This document shows, in pieces, positions 35,120 through 35,272 of a stretch of 35,272 bases of DNA. Source of the stretch: Collodictyon triciliatum (Eukaryota); the NCBI GenBank assembly GCA_043381765.1, contig JBHJMP010000890.1:1-35272 (forward strand). The letters are read 5' to 3'. Position 1 is the first letter of the stretch. Each line of letters starts with the position of its first letter. The notes under the pieces were generated by a model. The model was not told the origin of the DNA. It saw only the letters and a program-made list of their open reading frames with translations, and searched no databases. Made by a program: the position numbers and the translations under genes.

Positions 35120-35272
35120 GAGCTAATTCGTCAAAAAAAAAAAAATTAACCATGGAGCAACCTTTCTAATGCAATATTCATACACTTGAAGGGTTTTGAT
35201 GTTCGCTTTGTGCTTGGTCGCATCTTTTTTCTCAATTTTGGAGTATGTTTAATTTTTTTTTTTTCTTGGAAA
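35120..35272 (+). repeat. Second copy of 21241-21391 (cyclase intron end plus exon), probable assembly misjoin
   Basis: 35151-35247 is identical to 21270-21366, and both copies follow a long poly-T run. Confidence 0.9.

Overview
AT-rich, intron-dense eukaryotic (protist-like; amoebozoan affinity is only an inference) scaffold segment using the standard code and mostly GT-AG introns. Genes reconstructed by hand, left to right: the last exon of an unidentified gene, an LRR protein with two C-terminal hydrophobic helices (+), the 3' part of RNA polymerase I largest subunit RPA1 (-), a 598-N gap, a BIG/Sec7 ARF-GEF (-, 3' end missing), a membrane class III nucleotidyl-cyclase-like protein with two TM bundles whose catalytic residues are largely lost (+), a ~2 kb gene-free interval, a 139-aa hypothetical protein (+), a plant-FACKEL-like Delta14-sterol reductase (+), an SH3-like relic (-), and DET1 (+, truncated by a probable misjoin at the window end). 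The most unusual signal is in the gene-free interval: ~24950-25930 looks like a ~1 kb, G-U-rich, imperfect rod-like fold-back centred near 25445, where GC skew flips, followed directly by an A-rich tail. It needs computational confirmation.
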